Below, piece after piece: positions 22,893 to 36,638 of a stretch of 37,951 nucleotides of DNA. The DNA comes from Paraphysomonas bandaiensis (Eukaryota > Protista > Chrysophyceae). The translations under genes were made by a program, and so were the position numbers. The stretch's first letter is position 1; every line of letters starts with the position of its first letter. The notes beneath the pieces are model-generated. The model was not told the origin of the DNA and searched no databases. It saw nothing but the letters and a program-made list of their open reading frames with translations. Where the stretch lies: NCBI GenBank assembly GCA_965644295.1, contig CBFFRP010000301.1, forward strand, positions 1 through 37,951, written 5' to 3'.

Positions 22893-25650
22893 ACCAATTC
22901 ATATCAATGATCTAGTTATTAGTGTAAATATAGTGCATTGAAATGATCATAGCAGACAAGTATGTTGAGTAGCTTATATATAGGGTGAAACCTTTCAAAA
23001 TATTTCAATTAAGAGGGTGTTAATAGTTGAAACACTCACACACAACTTCTTCTTCACGAAAAGAGATATTATATGGAGATATATATACATACAACCCTCT
23101 ATAAGATGCTCTATAAAGAAGAGTAATTTCAAATGCAGTTTATGTATAGAGACACACGCCAACAATCATATCATGCATGCAGATGCACTTCCTACATATA
23201 CATACATACAGATACCACAAAAAAAAGTACTTGTGTTTCAACGTATAGTTTTATAGGGAAGTACTGTATTCCACTAGTATTGATACGTACTGGAAAATTC
23301 CGGCCCAGTTTTTTACATTTCGAAATCTAGAAATGAGGTTTTTCGAATGAAATTGAGTCATAAAAACACCGTTTTATAGGAAGAAATTGCCATATCCATG
23401 ATTTCCGCATATACAATATGGATCTGTCGAGAAGGATGCCCATCGTCACAGTGTGGGTCTTTCCCACATATTCTACTAGTAAATTGCGTACTATTCAAGT
23501 CATGCATATCATTCATACATAAGACTTAGCTACTACAATGATAATATCAAAGATATGTAAACTATGTAGCATAACTCATCGATATACTTGACCTTCTCAA
23601 TATGGAAGCGTCAGTGAGAGGAAAACACGACTCGAATATATACTCCTCTTTCTTAAGCTCGCTACCATTCAGATAATTTCGATTGATTTTATAATTTCGA
23701 AAACTTTGTAACTCGTAATGTTTTGCAGCATGAGAATGCGTCTAATTCAGAGTGTGTTGCGTATGAGATTAAAATTGCTGAAGGTGGTGTGGGATTGGCT
23801 GTAGTGCTCCCCATATCATCAGAATTGGTGTGTCAGCATATATCATGCTTTCATGTGTTTTATTATCATATGAAAAGCCCGAACTGAACAACAGTATAAT
23901 GACATGAATTGGCAATGCATCAATTTACATACTGCAATGACATTATGTCTGCCCCATTCTGAGCGCGTACTTAGGTAGAGCCGGGTGGGGGGCGGGTGGG
24001 TACCTAACTAATACTTGATTTAAGTCCCATACGTTATTTGCTAGCTACCTACTGAACCCAACTCGCTACATCATTATCACACGGTATTCAGCGCTGAATA
24101 TGCAGTGAGACCCCGAGTGGGGAACCGCTGAACTGAGCAATGTGTACATAGATAGAAGTGCGCGGTCGCAACACTCAGCAGCACCCACTAGGGGGCCGCA
24201 CGCAGTGATTAGTTACGCTGTCAATATAGGGCAATGTCTAAGATATCACAACAAAAGTTGGGTCCTTTTTTTTATACCCGTGCAAGAGGTGTAATTGCTC
24301 TCACTAGCGTGCTGGTTACTGATCTCGTCAAGACAGAACTGTTCTTCTTACACTACCATAGTCTCGTTCATTGACCAGACAGATTCTGGATGTATGTTTT
24401 TATCGTTAGTAGGTGTAATTTTTTTGAGAGTTTGTAATCTATCGGTTTCTGTTGTGTCCGTTATGGGATTCTTCTCTTAGTAAGGGGTACTTTGTAACAA
24501 GATGTAGAAATAGTCGTTGTCATTAATTATGGATTAGTTAAGATAAGATAAGACTTGACAAATATTCAAGCTAATCATAACTCATGCTGTCATACATATG
24601 CTGCGCATTATAAAACAATGATTTCACAGCAGTATGGTCAAACCAGTCTAGCATACCTAGGGTTGGGAATTCATATAAGCAGCCCCTTTTCAAGTAAGTC
24701 TATAGCCTCTTCGTTCTTTTAAGTTCTTGTGGTCTGTACTGAATTTCACTTAACGCAATGGAAAATGGCTAACTGGGGGGTTATTAATGTCACTCATGTT
24801 AGTGTCATTTCAATAGATCTCATTTCCTTCTTCCTTATTGATTGAAAGTAACGAGATATACAATATATTTTGTCTAATTTGACATCAGTGCTATGGTGGA
24901 AGTAGGAATGTTTATAGCAGCAAGTTCCTGATCTAAAATGAAACTATGTTTATTGTTTTTCTGCTGCTATGATAAATACTTTTCAATATATCAAGAATCT
25001 AAAGCAAACTCATCAGCTGAGTACTTCAGTGCTCAGCAGAAAGAGTGGTAATCCACAACATCCAACAAGAAAGAGAACAAGCCAACTAATTGTAGCAAGT
25101 CACTTGCACGCCTAAAAGATACACCTGTGATATCGACAACACTGAACAAGTAACGATATCCTTCTATATTCTGAAGAATTCCTCAGATTCGGCCGTTATC
25201 AGTGCTATGGTGTGTACACCACTGCTATATCGTTCATCAAACCTGAGCACGTAGAGCATCTGTGACCGTTTGTCCAATCATCATGTAGTATTTATAAACC
25301 ATTGGAGTCGTATTACAATCCCATATACCGAAAATACAGTTGTGCAATCCCAAGAATACAGTACACACAGACCGGTACGTACCTGTGCAGCAGTACGTAG
25401 CAGCCTGCTGTATATAGCTGTTTGTTACATCTGATGGTGGTATATGTGTGTGTCTTCCTCTTGTACTCATACAGTCGTACCACTGCAGTTCACAGTATGA
25501 AAATCAGTAACATACTAACACAACACACACACATAGCAACCATATTACACTGTTTCCAATCTTCCTCTACACACTCCAGCAGCTACACCCGCCAATGTTT
25601 CGGAGTCAATAACCCCCCACCACCACACCATTGAGTCCCTCTATCCAGCT

Positions 25651-27141
25651 ATGTTCAATTTTTTATTCGAAGGTAAGATAGGAGATATGCTGGCTCCCAT
25701 TCACAGCCCTGAGCAACAGCTACTGCTCGCCATACAACACCATCGTAATCATGAGGTATCTAGTTATCCTCTGTATTGGTGTGTATATCGTGTAATGTAA
25801 CTATAGGTGGATGCGATGTTGTCAGGGGGGATGGGACTGGGGAATGTGATGAGCGGGGGATATGCGGATATCCATGTAGCCTGCAGGTACAATAACAGAC
25901 ATGCCCTCGAAGCCTTGCTTAGTAGAGGTATGTATTCAACGTACTCTGGTTGATGTAATCTGGATATTCTAGGGGTGCCTGTCGATCTTCGTGACCGGGA
26001 AAATAATACTCCCTTACATTACGCAGCCAAAAATGGTCATATCGATATCTGCAGGTTTCTTGTTGATCGGAATGCGCCTACAGCATTGCGAAACTCTCGG
26101 GGCCAGTCTGCGTATGATGTGGCACAGAGCCATGTAGTTCGACAGTATCTTCTTCCCTTACAGCTGGCTTGTGAGAGGGCGGACCCACAATCGCACCCAC
26201 CACCACCTGGTGCATTGTACGGATCCGCATTCATCAATGGTGGCCAAACACAGCAGAGCTCATTGACCATGCATACTGCTCCTAGCGAAAATACAAGTGG
26301 CATTCCCACACACCCTCCTCACATTCCTCCTTCTGGGTTGGCTGCCCCCTCGCAACACCCGCCGCCTTCTCCCAGAGGAACTTCTACTTCCTACTCAGCT
26401 CCACCTTCCTACCACCAGCCCCCACAGGAGACACTGGATCCTTCCATGGCGAGTACTACCACCCACTCTGAAATTAAACCTGCGCCTCGATCCTGTGACG
26501 GTATTACTTCAGCTCATCCGCCTCCCGCCATGGCATCAGCTATGCACCCCTCATACTCTGGTAGCGACCTGCCCAGCATCTCAGCGCCCTCGCAGATGCA
26601 GGGCACTGTTACTGCTCCTCTACAAGCCTCCAACCCTTTGACTCATTCTAGCTCTAGTTCGAGACGAGTCATTCAACCAGACGGGTTTGGGTCGTCGGCC
26701 TCTGATCCCGTGCTGCAAAAGAAGTATGGTCACACGAAAACTGTTACTAACATAGCTCCCCCGCCAGTTTTCGGAAGTGGTAACAGTACAAGTGGCCCCG
26801 CTCCCGGTGCATCTTATAGTATGTATGGGTCAGGCGCACCAGGTAATCCCCTCGCCCATCCATATTCCCGATATGTGCCGTACGACCCCAATTCAAACCC
26901 GAATGGGTCCCCGATGCCTCCACCTGCGCCCCCTACTCCACCTTTACCGTACAGCAACTCCCAGCCACCCCTTCAAGGAGGACCACATTCAGCACCACCA
27001 GAACAAAGTAGTATGATGCATGAGGTAGATATCTCTTCTCCAGTGTCGAGTGGACCTACTCCCAGTGGCAACATCTCTATGTTTAACCCTGTCACAGATA
27101 AGGTAGTTTCTGCAACCTCCTCTTCTAGTGCTATTCTTTAA
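25651..27141 (+). CDS. Ankyrin-repeat protein with Pro/Ser-rich C-terminus (3 exons)
   Basis: NTPLHYAAKNGHIDICRFLVDRNA and IHVACRYNNRHALEALLSRG; in-frame introns 25756-25806 and 25928-25972. Confidence 0.88.
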
Positions 27142-27846
27142 GGGTTCAACTTTCCGGCTTACTGGTATTCCCGACTGCCATATATTACTATTGTCGTCGT
27201 TCAATGCATATACGCTAGTAGGTACTATATTTAATACTAAGAAAAAATATTTAAAACGGCAATCTTGTGATGTATTCGTAGGATCATTCAATGACGTGTT
27301 TGGTATTTGGTATGTGTTGATCTTTCCCATGATCGGGTAATTGAATAGAGGCAGTGTGTACCGTTATGTAAACCTGCACAAGTCCTAATACCTATACCAC
27401 TATACCATAAGCATCCAATAGTCTGTCAGGTCGTAAACAAACACTGCTTGCTGCTTGAAACGTTATATTCTTTGTTCTTTCAATTGCGTAACTATACTTA
27501 TAATTCTGTAGTGTGAAACAAGTCTTTACAGCCTATTCATTCAAAACTAAACACCAAATGCGACTATTAACATTACATCGGATACAATGGTTATACAGTG
27601 GTATATGTCCTATCTACGTCGACTATGATAATACTAGTTTGGCTAAGTGACAGAAGTATGAGTATTAGACAATACGTTCAGCAGAAACAATGTAGTATTC
27701 TGTAAGGCTTATCGCCTTGGCATGGTGCCAGCTTAGCCTCCGAGGAACAACAATTGAAACTTTCATCTAAAGTCCATAATTTTTTGTGCTACGAATTGCA
27801 GTGCCATATATATATGTGTATGTTGACACTGCATATATATATGCTG

Positions 27847-27935
27847 CAGGGCCTGGAAACCATTAATGGCCCATTAATGGTAGTCCAGCTCCCGGCAATT
27901 ATAATGCCATTACCATTAATGGTTACCAGGCCCTG
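27847..27935. mobile_element. 89-bp hAT-type MITE
   Basis: 23-bp TIR CAGGGCCTGG(A/T)AACCATTAATGG; exact 8-bp TSD ATATGCTG at 27839-27846 and 27936-27943. Confidence 0.88.
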
Positions 27936-28129
27936 ATATGCTGGGGCACTTGAACATCAATCATATCGTTATGATCACACCCAGTTTGTAATCAGCTGAC
28001 GTGAGGTTCACAATTATATATACAGTATATATATATGGATATCTACATCTATGATATAAACACACATATGTGGAGGAATCGTGCGGTGGATGTTATCACC
28101 ACTAGATGTTTACAGCATAACGCCCACTA

Positions 28130-28481
28130 CGATCTTAAAGCATTTGTTTGGCTGCGGCGTAAAGCGGTTGAAGGAAGGTAACAACTGCTTTATCAATGGC
28201 ACGGAGGCTACGCGAATTGAGGGAGCAGTTGTACTGTGTTCCAAAAGCGCTTTCCATTTGAACCTCGGCGATAGTTACTGCCTAGAATCGTTCAACCTGT
28301 GGCAGTAAGGAGCTAAGGAGCTCCAGGCTCTGCGGGGAAACTTTTCTTGAGAATGGCGGAACTCCAAGGTGGGAGGGGTTGGATCAATTAAATGTTTCCG
28401 CATGTACTCCTTGTGTCTCTGAAAGGCGGATTCTCGTATCTGAGAGTTGGAGGCGTATGGGCAATCAAGACAACATTCCAA
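28130..28481 (-). pseudogene. Degraded coding fragment, possibly the 3' end of a non-LTR retrotransposon ORF
   Basis: Protein-like frames broken by a shift and stops (LDCPY...IRESAFQR...; ...SLRAIDKAVVTFLQPLYAAAKQML stop). Family not identifiable. Confidence 0.25.
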
Positions 28482-28791
28482 CTACTAATACGTCATGAGG
28501 ACATCATAAATAGCAGCACCTAATTTAATTTCGTATCAAGTATTTCTTTAAGATGTTGTATTACATGATGAAGAGTATAGCTACGAATAATTCCTTACGA
28601 GTAAGTAAGATATACTAAGATACTCACAATATAAGAGTGAGCGCTGAGTGCTTTTCAAAATTGGAAGTTCAATATGTGTCCTACAAGAACCTTAAAGAAA
28701 GGTATATTACACGAGAAGCGACATTCAATTATTACATACTGGTACACTCAACATAAAATATAAATACAACAAGACATACAGGGGTTTCATT

Positions 28792-31700
28792 TTACAAGTG
28801 TGCGTGTAGTCTAACGACCGGAACTCGTGTACCACGGGGTAAAATATCTGCGCAGAAACATCATAAAATTAAAATTAAACAACAGTGTTTACCATCATGC
28901 CCATCAGATAAGTTGATGCACAGTAACCTCCACCCTGCACAATGCGTCAAAACAAGTAGCAGTACAAATCACAGAAATACTTTCAACAAAAAACTGCTCA
29001 ACATTAGCTTCTGCCTCACGCTGACGCGGTGAAATGAGTTGCCCGCATGGCATATGTGTCCCCGACCGAGATTTACTTGATTTCTTTCTCTGTTTCTTGC
29101 GAGATTCGGAACGAAAGGGGCTATTTCCCCTCTCCTTGTTTTCATTCTTCTTCTCACTCGTATCTTGTGACACTATCTTTCCTCCGCCGTTGCTATTCGT
29201 ATGCTGCGTCGACTTTTCTCTATGAGCCTTGCTGGCAGACAAAGAAGCTGATGCTGTTTGAAGCAGAGACATGAGCCTGTTCGGTTTTATCGAAGTCGGG
29301 CTCCCAGGAACTCCTTTCGATTCCATGCTATTTCTATCGACGTCCTTTCTTGAAGGCGGTCTTTCTACATCGCTCTTCATTTCTCCATGATCATTAAAGG
29401 GGGGTGTCTTAGGTGAACAAAGCGAAGGCCCAGATTCAGTAGATTTGGTGACGCTGCTTGTAAAACTTTCCATATTTTCGCAATATACCCCTCGGTCATT
29501 TCCAATTGAACCTGAGTGATGGTGTTTTTCCAACACAGTAATATCGCCTGTAGACAACGTATTTTCACTCTCCTGTGAAATTTCCTCCGGCCAGGAATCA
29601 GGTATACCAGGTTCACATAAGGTCACGACTTCAGTCATACACTCAGCTGTACTATTGGCAAATTCAGAGCTGCCGATATCAACACCTTGGCAGTCCACAA
29701 TGCAGTCACCATTTTCGGTGGAATCCCGGCTGCAGTCGCTACGTTCACTCCTGTCACATGGGACCATTCCAAGCTTTTGGTCTTGCGATGTCGCCTGGTC
29801 ATCCACTTCCTCGTTTATTTCGTCTCTTGTTTTAGTGGAATCAAGCCCGCACAAATCACCTTGGTGTTTGGTTCTATCACCATTCCCGTCATCTATGACA
29901 GAAACCCCCATTGTATTCATGCTCTTACTCTCACTGACCTCAGGTCCTCCATGTGGGTCAAATTCACTCTCTACAGATGTAACTTTATGTTTCTTTTTCT
30001 TCTTCTTTCTTGCCTTCTTCCGTTTTTTTGTCTTCGCCGAGCTTTGAGAATGCTGCTCCACCGTGGGTAATGGAGGTGGTCCAACGCGTTCAGAGCTGTC
30101 CTCAGGCTCATGACTTCGTGTAGGTAGAGTCATAACATCAGATGTAGTTTGTTCACCCTCCTCATTTTCCTCCTCATCACTGAACTCATCATATTCAAAT
30201 TCCCAGTCAGCAGATGCCATAATAAACTGCTTCTGCGAACTCGGAGGTGAGGAATAGACAGAGTGCACAATAGAGCCATTCTTCTCAGGGGAATGTAGGC
30301 ACAAATCTGGAAAACTGCCCAGTAGTTGTATGGGCTGCATATTCTCCTTGGCACAGCCTGTCCGTGCACTACGCCCATCGATGTGGTCATAGTACTTAAG
30401 CACATCTTCACTCATCCCTCGCTCTCTCTCTTGCTGGGGTGGAATCTCGGAATGGCTTATTTCACATAGAGTTGTAGCTTGCATAGGTCCATTCTCCTCC
30501 TCTTCCGTGAGTGCACTATAGACATCATGCTCTGATATTGTTACATCGCATGCCATGAAGCTGAATATTTCGTTCTTTACTGTGAAAGCTCCAGCGTGTC
30601 GAAAGGTGTGAATGTACTCGGACGAACTCGCACATTCCAGTGGCACACCCTCAAATTCACCTGCACACGACAGTTTGTGCATCGACGCATGGCTCACAGA
30701 CTGAAACCGCACCCGAGCTCCCACATGAAGGTTGATGTTGCATGGAAGAAATTGAAAATCCTGTACCAGTACAACAGCATCCACCTCTTCCTCTGCAGTA
30801 GCAGTATCCACGTGCCCAGTCAACGACGAAACATAAGGAGAGGATGGGTGAATGTACGTGTTATCTCCGTATCCATCACCCCCAAGTACTGAAATCGAGA
30901 CTGACTCCTCCACAGGGGGGGCGGGACTACAATCATAATCCTCTATGCCATCATCACTGTCCATGAAGCTGCTACTCACGGTGTCGGAGATATCTCCTAC
31001 GGATGGAGAACTAATTCTTCCCATTATACTTCGTTCCATCACCCCAACATAACAGTTTACTGCGGTCAACATCGCTGCCTGTTGATTATGCTGTCGCCTT
31101 CCTGGGCTGGGAGCGGGGGAGAATGGTTGAGGTCTGGGCGGCGCAAGAGGAGTTACAGCAGACGAAGGGTTCAAGGGAAAACTTCCTGTTAAGCGGGTGA
31201 GGGTCGTGGCCCCAGAAGAGTGAGTGGGTGCGCGTCTGCGCATACCCTCTGACCCCCACCCTGACAAGCCTACAGTTGGTGGAGGTAGTGGGGGCAAAAC
31301 TACCAGTCGGCAGCCCATATCCGGGTATATCTGACAAGTAACATAGACCTCGCCCGTAACCCGCGGCAGAAACTGAAATCGGCGAGAAAAAGGATGCTGT
31401 AGAATTGGGCTAGTGAAACAGAGGTCCACTGTCGTGCTGCGACCCTCTAGAACATGCTCTACATGTACTGGAACATCATTATGTAGTCTGAACTCCACAG
31501 GACATCCCGCTGACACAAGAACGTTCCGACGATTGAAATCGTAGTCACGTATCTCAACGACTTCCCTAAGTCGACCCGTTAGTCTCATTAAGGGGGGCTC
31601 ACTTTCAGTCGACACGGAAGCGGGAGTACCTTCCTCACTTCCCGTCTGGGCCACAGAACTGTCAGATGATGAGGAAGAGAGAATCTCAGGGGATATTCGT

Positions 31701-32405
31701 CCTGGTCGTCCAACCACGCTATTAGCTTTAGCTGCATCTGAAGGACAGGTACCACTCGGAGGAGTAAAGCGTTTGTTGCGAATCATTTTTCGTTGATAGC
31801 TGAAATCCCCAAATTCCTCGCTCTCGAAACTATCATCAGAATTGGATTCTAAGCCCATAGCTTGGCGTCGGATATTTTCGCTGCCCCAAGCTCTCCGTTG
31901 CATATCCAGCATGTGCTTAGCGTCTCTATGACTATATGATTCCAAACTTCGTGCTAGCTCACCGATATTTGAGGTTTCAAAAAGCTCTGTCAACGATGCT
32001 TTACAAACTTTTGGTTTACTTAAGTGATAAGTTAAGTTGCCCCATTCATCACATCCAGATTCATCGTTTGCTTCTTCACTACTCATTTCTTCCACTTCAA
32101 CCATACACTATACATTCTATGAGATAAGTATACATGCAATACAATCATAGAGGCGATACCTTCATGAGTCCATATTCAGAGCATGATATTTCAAACCGTC
32201 CACGAACTGGAAACGTTACTTGAATAGTCTGACCGGATCGTATTCTTTTATCAGATATTTCGCGTATTCCTTTGCATTGTATGGTGTAATCACATCCATC
32301 ACTATTGTAGAATGTAACGATAGTGTTGTGTGGATGGAGGATTATAATATCAGGTACAAAGGACCGATCTTTGAGGTATATGATAACCTCCTGGTCGATA
32401 TCCAT
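28792..32405 (-). CDS. Large low-complexity protein with three degenerate cupredoxin-like domains (about 4 exons)
   Basis: Three repeats of the pattern V-x-I-x-D-x-x-F-x-P...V-x-F...F-x-x-x-G-x-F...M. Intron 32108-32159 completes the first domain (GLMK|CMVEV). Two further short introns near 28850-28980 are inferred. Confidence 0.75.
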
Positions 32406-32909
32406 ATCAGTTAATGTCACGGGATAAGCATATTGGATCAGAGAAAGGAATATACATCTCTCAGTGAGTGTATGATACTGACTGTGAAGGTTCACATACT
32501 ACTTTAATATATTTAAACACCCCATACAATACATACACTATACATACACTATACATATATATATATACACTGCTGTATTTGATTAGAATACTTACAGACA
32601 TCAGTACAGAAACCCTACAATTTCAGTTTGAAGTCTGAAAAATACTAATTTTTATACATCTCATACTAAAAACTACAGTCCATCAAGTGTACAGTATATC
32701 ATAACCGTAGTAAAAAATGCCGATTTTGGTTGGTGGCAACTACAGTACTTGTATGTACGAAGTGTATGCCCTTCTATGGTATGTTATACTACGATCGTAT
32801 ATGGTTTATGTGAGGAGTGAGGTGGCCAGAGCCCTCAATACTATACATAACTCTTCCCTCTATATACTTCTATAAAAGCTACATCTACTAATATAATTAA
32901 AGTAGCAAT

Positions 32910-33553
32910 ATGGCAGGTATTCATGTAAGATCATTCACACGTATTTTTGCCAGACATCAGATGTGTCTGTCCCCTCATATGGCCCCTCTGTCATCAGTGG
33001 GATCATTGAGACAGTTTTGTAACAAATCAAAGAAGAAAACTAATAAAAATGTTAAAACTAAAGGAAAAGTTAACGAAAATGAAAGTGTTGATGCTGATTT
33101 TATTGCGAATCTTATTGACACTGCACAAGAAGTTCAAAAGTAAGTTAATATTATATTAGAAGTGTGCTGTATGATTATACCACATATAGAACTCGATCAA
33201 GGGATTTGTTTTCGGAGGAAGAGTTGGAAGAACATGCGCGTATCGGAAGGGAGTACAATCGCCAGCGAATGATTCAAGACAATCAAATAAATAAGGATCT
33301 CAGTACTAAAATATGGCTGCAACAGGAGGCAATGCGCGCATTGCCAGATCACCTTCGTAAACACGCGGAGGTTGTTGACGAAGAACCCCCTCCGAGAGAT
33401 AGACCCTACCCAATTTGGTATACTCCTCCGATTCCTGGGGCGAATTTTAAAGATACAGAGGAAGATATGGGAGGGTTACGTTTGGCTAGTGGTCCAGGCG
33501 AGAACTATAATGATGAAAGCAGTGTCCGCGGTTCAGGCAAATCAGCTTATTAG
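32910..33553 (+). CDS. MRPL40: Mitochondrial ribosomal protein mL40-like (2 exons)
   Basis: Basic transit-peptide-like N-terminus; REYNRQRM...LQQEAMRALPDHLRKHA...D...P...YTPPIPG matches the mL40 pattern as I recall it; in-frame intron 33140-33189. Confidence 0.75.
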
Positions 33554-33878
33554 TTTGCTAGTTTCTGCAGGAAACTTTGTTAATAATAATGAGCTATTCT
33601 GCGAGTTATAATTTTTGAGGCCCGTGTTTTCAGAAAATTGTTCGATTGTAGTAGACTACGTAATGTATGTATAGTAGCTCAGAATAAGAACTACATCATG
33701 GTCAGAAGGTATGAAATGAACTCCCAATCAACAGCACAGCAATAACAAATGTACCATCATTGAACTATAAGTAAAGCGATTCGAAGATTATGAGACAGGA
33801 AGAGATGGAGTGAAATCATAGCAATAAGAAGAATTTGTAGGTTTTGTATTTGGGAATGTTGTTGTGTGTTATATATAT

Positions 33879-35454
33879 CAGGGATAGGGAACAATATATT
33901 GTATTGCAATATATTGTACAATATATTGCAATATATTGTAAAATATATTGATTGGTGGACTGGTCAAATATTCCATCAATAGTGTTTCTGTTAATAGAGC
34001 TCACAATACTATTGCAATATATTGCAATCAATATTATGATAGTCATATAAGAGAAGATCCTCAACTGTATGGTGCAAAATATACGCCTCTGTATACAAAT
34101 ATCCGGAAAATAAGAAAAAAAGCCTATTTTTGATGTTATTTTCTATTTTTTATGTATCGCCAGCTCAAACAGCACTCTACACCTCTCCACATGTATGTAC
34201 AGTACTTCTCTTAATATAGTATATATATCCTATAGTGACAAGGATGTGCATCTCACCGACTAAATCTCGCTGTCAATGAACTCATTGGCAGCAAAGAGAA
34301 GAGGAATAACCAAGGAGATGTGACAAGATCTGACGAAGGCATTAGGCCTCTTATTCGCAAAGTAGACCTACTAATGGGGAAGTTGAAGCAGATTAAGAAT
34401 GCTGCATTGCTACGTGGCCAAACCAGTCTGCTACCAGAAAGGGTAAATGTCACAAGATGGTCTTCTATGTTTCAGGTTCTCGTAAAGTGGATGCGTATAA
34501 AAGATCATGTATTAAAAATTGAAGACTTACCGCTTGCAGTTACTGATATGATTCCTACTCCTCGACAGAATACCGAAATAATCGCCCTTGTAGACGACCT
34601 GAGGAAGTTTGAAAGCGTCTCGAAATTGCTTCAAACTGGAGGATCAAGTCAAGTGAATCTTTATGAATGCCGGAACATATTTGATGGCTTATTGAGGGAC
34701 TTTAGGCCAAAGTATCCACTATCTGCTTTACAGAAAAACAGTCCCATTGTTAATGATCCGAATTTCGAGAATGGAATTGCAAAACTCCAAGCAGGCGAAG
34801 AATTGGACTTGACAAGATCTGAGAAAGATGCTGTTAGAATATATCTCCGTTCAGACAGTGATTATTGCAACAATACAGAGGATGATGAAGCTGAAGTTGG
34901 CTATGCGGAAAAAATTCTTCAATCAGCTCAAAAACTTAAGAAGCGAAAAGTTGAAATATCTAAGTACAGGTGCACGAGTCATGTAGTATGTACTTCCAAT
35001 ACGTGTGAACGCCTGTTCAGCGCAGCAAAACTGATTATATCAGTGTTGCGCAAACGTATGCATCCTACTACACTTAATATGCTGTTGTTTCTGAAAGCTA
35101 ACCGACAGTTGTGGCCGGATGCAAGCATATTTCAATCAATATTGAATGAATATGGTGATGATGATGTCACCGATGATGGCTCAGAGGATGAGTATGAGGA
35201 AACTTTTAATTAGTTAAGAGTAGTGGGTTTGATTATCAAGTGACCTTAGACCTTATAAAATATGGCAAGTACTAAAAATGAAAACTACGGATGTGTTTAC
35301 TTACTGATTAGTCATACTAATATATTGCAATATATTGTACAATATATTGCAATATATTGCAATAGTATTGTAGGGCCGGTTTAAAAAATCCATCAATACT
35401 ATTGATGGAACGCTACCTAACAATAGTATTGCAATATATTGTTCCCTATCCCTG
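33879..35454 (+). mobile_element. Internally deleted hAT DNA transposon (1576 bp)
   Basis: Perfect 23-bp TIR CAGGGATAGGGAACAATATATTG; 8-bp TSD ATATATAT; subterminal ATTGCAATAT repeats at both ends; contains a transposase fragment. Confidence 0.93.
34239..35213 (+). pseudogene. hAT transposase, C-terminal half only
   Basis: GCASHRLNLAV (CxxH, 34242), TRWSS and dimerisation region TSNTCERLFSAAK...MLLFLKAN; N-terminal half absent, with an in-frame stop at 34236. Confidence 0.88.
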
Positions 35455-35462
35455 ATATATAT

Positions 35463-35969
35463 TATTGAAAGTCTTATTATTAGCAATAGGCGTTAAAAAC
35501 CTGCACCAACTTAGTAGCTAGATGAATGCTAGACAAACTAGTTAGACATCTACCTGTAACTAATCAGTACACACTTTCTTTATCCTACTATTTAACGCTA
35601 CGGAAGCTGCTTGTGCAACGCCGCAAGCACCAAGGTGCGACCACTTCCGCTCTGAGTTCTTAAGGTGAACATCCTGGATGCTTGACTTCAGCAGGCAGCC
35701 CAATACCCCGGTTACCCTTCAGGTGGGCCCTGTCCCGGATGCCCTTGAGGTGAGCCCATTCCCGGATGCCTGTTTATTCGTCAGGGCCCAAAGACGTCTA
35801 CACAAGTGACACTTATTGGTGTCCCTTGTACCACACAAGCATTCGGCTATGAGTGGGCAGAAGAATATCCGCTGACTATGTTTGCGGCTCACGTTAGTTT
35901 CCTGTAGAAATTTCTCCGGTACTTATCCCCCAGAACACCACGAAAAGGTGCGAGTCCGACTTTGTTGAG
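35463..35969 (-). mobile_element. SINE-like non-autonomous retroposon, copy 2 (uninterrupted)
   Basis: Homologous to 16100-17010 without the insert; 3' end aagactttcaataat abuts the hAT TSD. Confidence 0.65.
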
Positions 35970-36523
35970 TTTTTTATATATATGTACACCAGGTGGTGGT
36001 CGTATTTATTTTTACCTGATATTGGAAATCTGTAATGCTCTTCAAGTTATGATAGCATATATCTCTGCTATAAATGAGTGATATTTACTGTCCGCCCAGT
36101 GCAGCTGTCTGTGTCGAAGAGTCGCTGATAGAAAGTCCAGCGTAAGTATTCCGTATTGCGTATAGAGTTCCATTACGAATCAATCATTCACGTAAATCGA
36201 GTACAATATGCGCTACTACAGTAGTAAAACTAATGAAGTATACAATTTATAAAGTTGCGCTGCATAAAACAAAGTATTTCTTAATAACGTATCATGAATT
36301 GTGAGAGCGTAATATCTCCACAAGTGATAGACCGAATCACAAGCAGTGGTATAATGTTTCATACCCCAGCATACACACAAAATTAGTTATCGGCGTTTGC
36401 TTTGTGTAGCATGATTGTCCTTACGCAAAACCATTACGGTCAACCTGAATCAATTGTGGCATGCATTCATTACGTCAGAGCAGGTGTCGATTAAAGTACT
36501 ACAGCTATACGAATCATATACAT

Positions 36524-36638
36524 CAAGGAAGGGAAAAATATATTGCACTACATTATTAGATAGCGTTCTATCAATACTAATCGAATAGTATTGATGGACA
36601 TTTTAAACCGGCCCAACAATACTATTGCAATGTATTGT
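36524..36638 (-). repeat. Diverged solo copy of the hAT right end
   Basis: caaggaagggaaaaatatattgc...ttttaaaccggcccaacaatactattgcaa matches the reverse complement of about 35350-35454. Confidence 0.75.

Noticed and set aside
24185-24197. CTCF-like motif CCACTAGGGGGC
   Set aside because: Single short match in an apparently non-animal genome; chance is likely.
35770-35905. Hammerhead-like words (GAAAC...GTC, CTGACGA) on the minus strand of the SINE-like element
   Set aside because: Stems I and II could not be formed, and copy 1 has TTGACGA.
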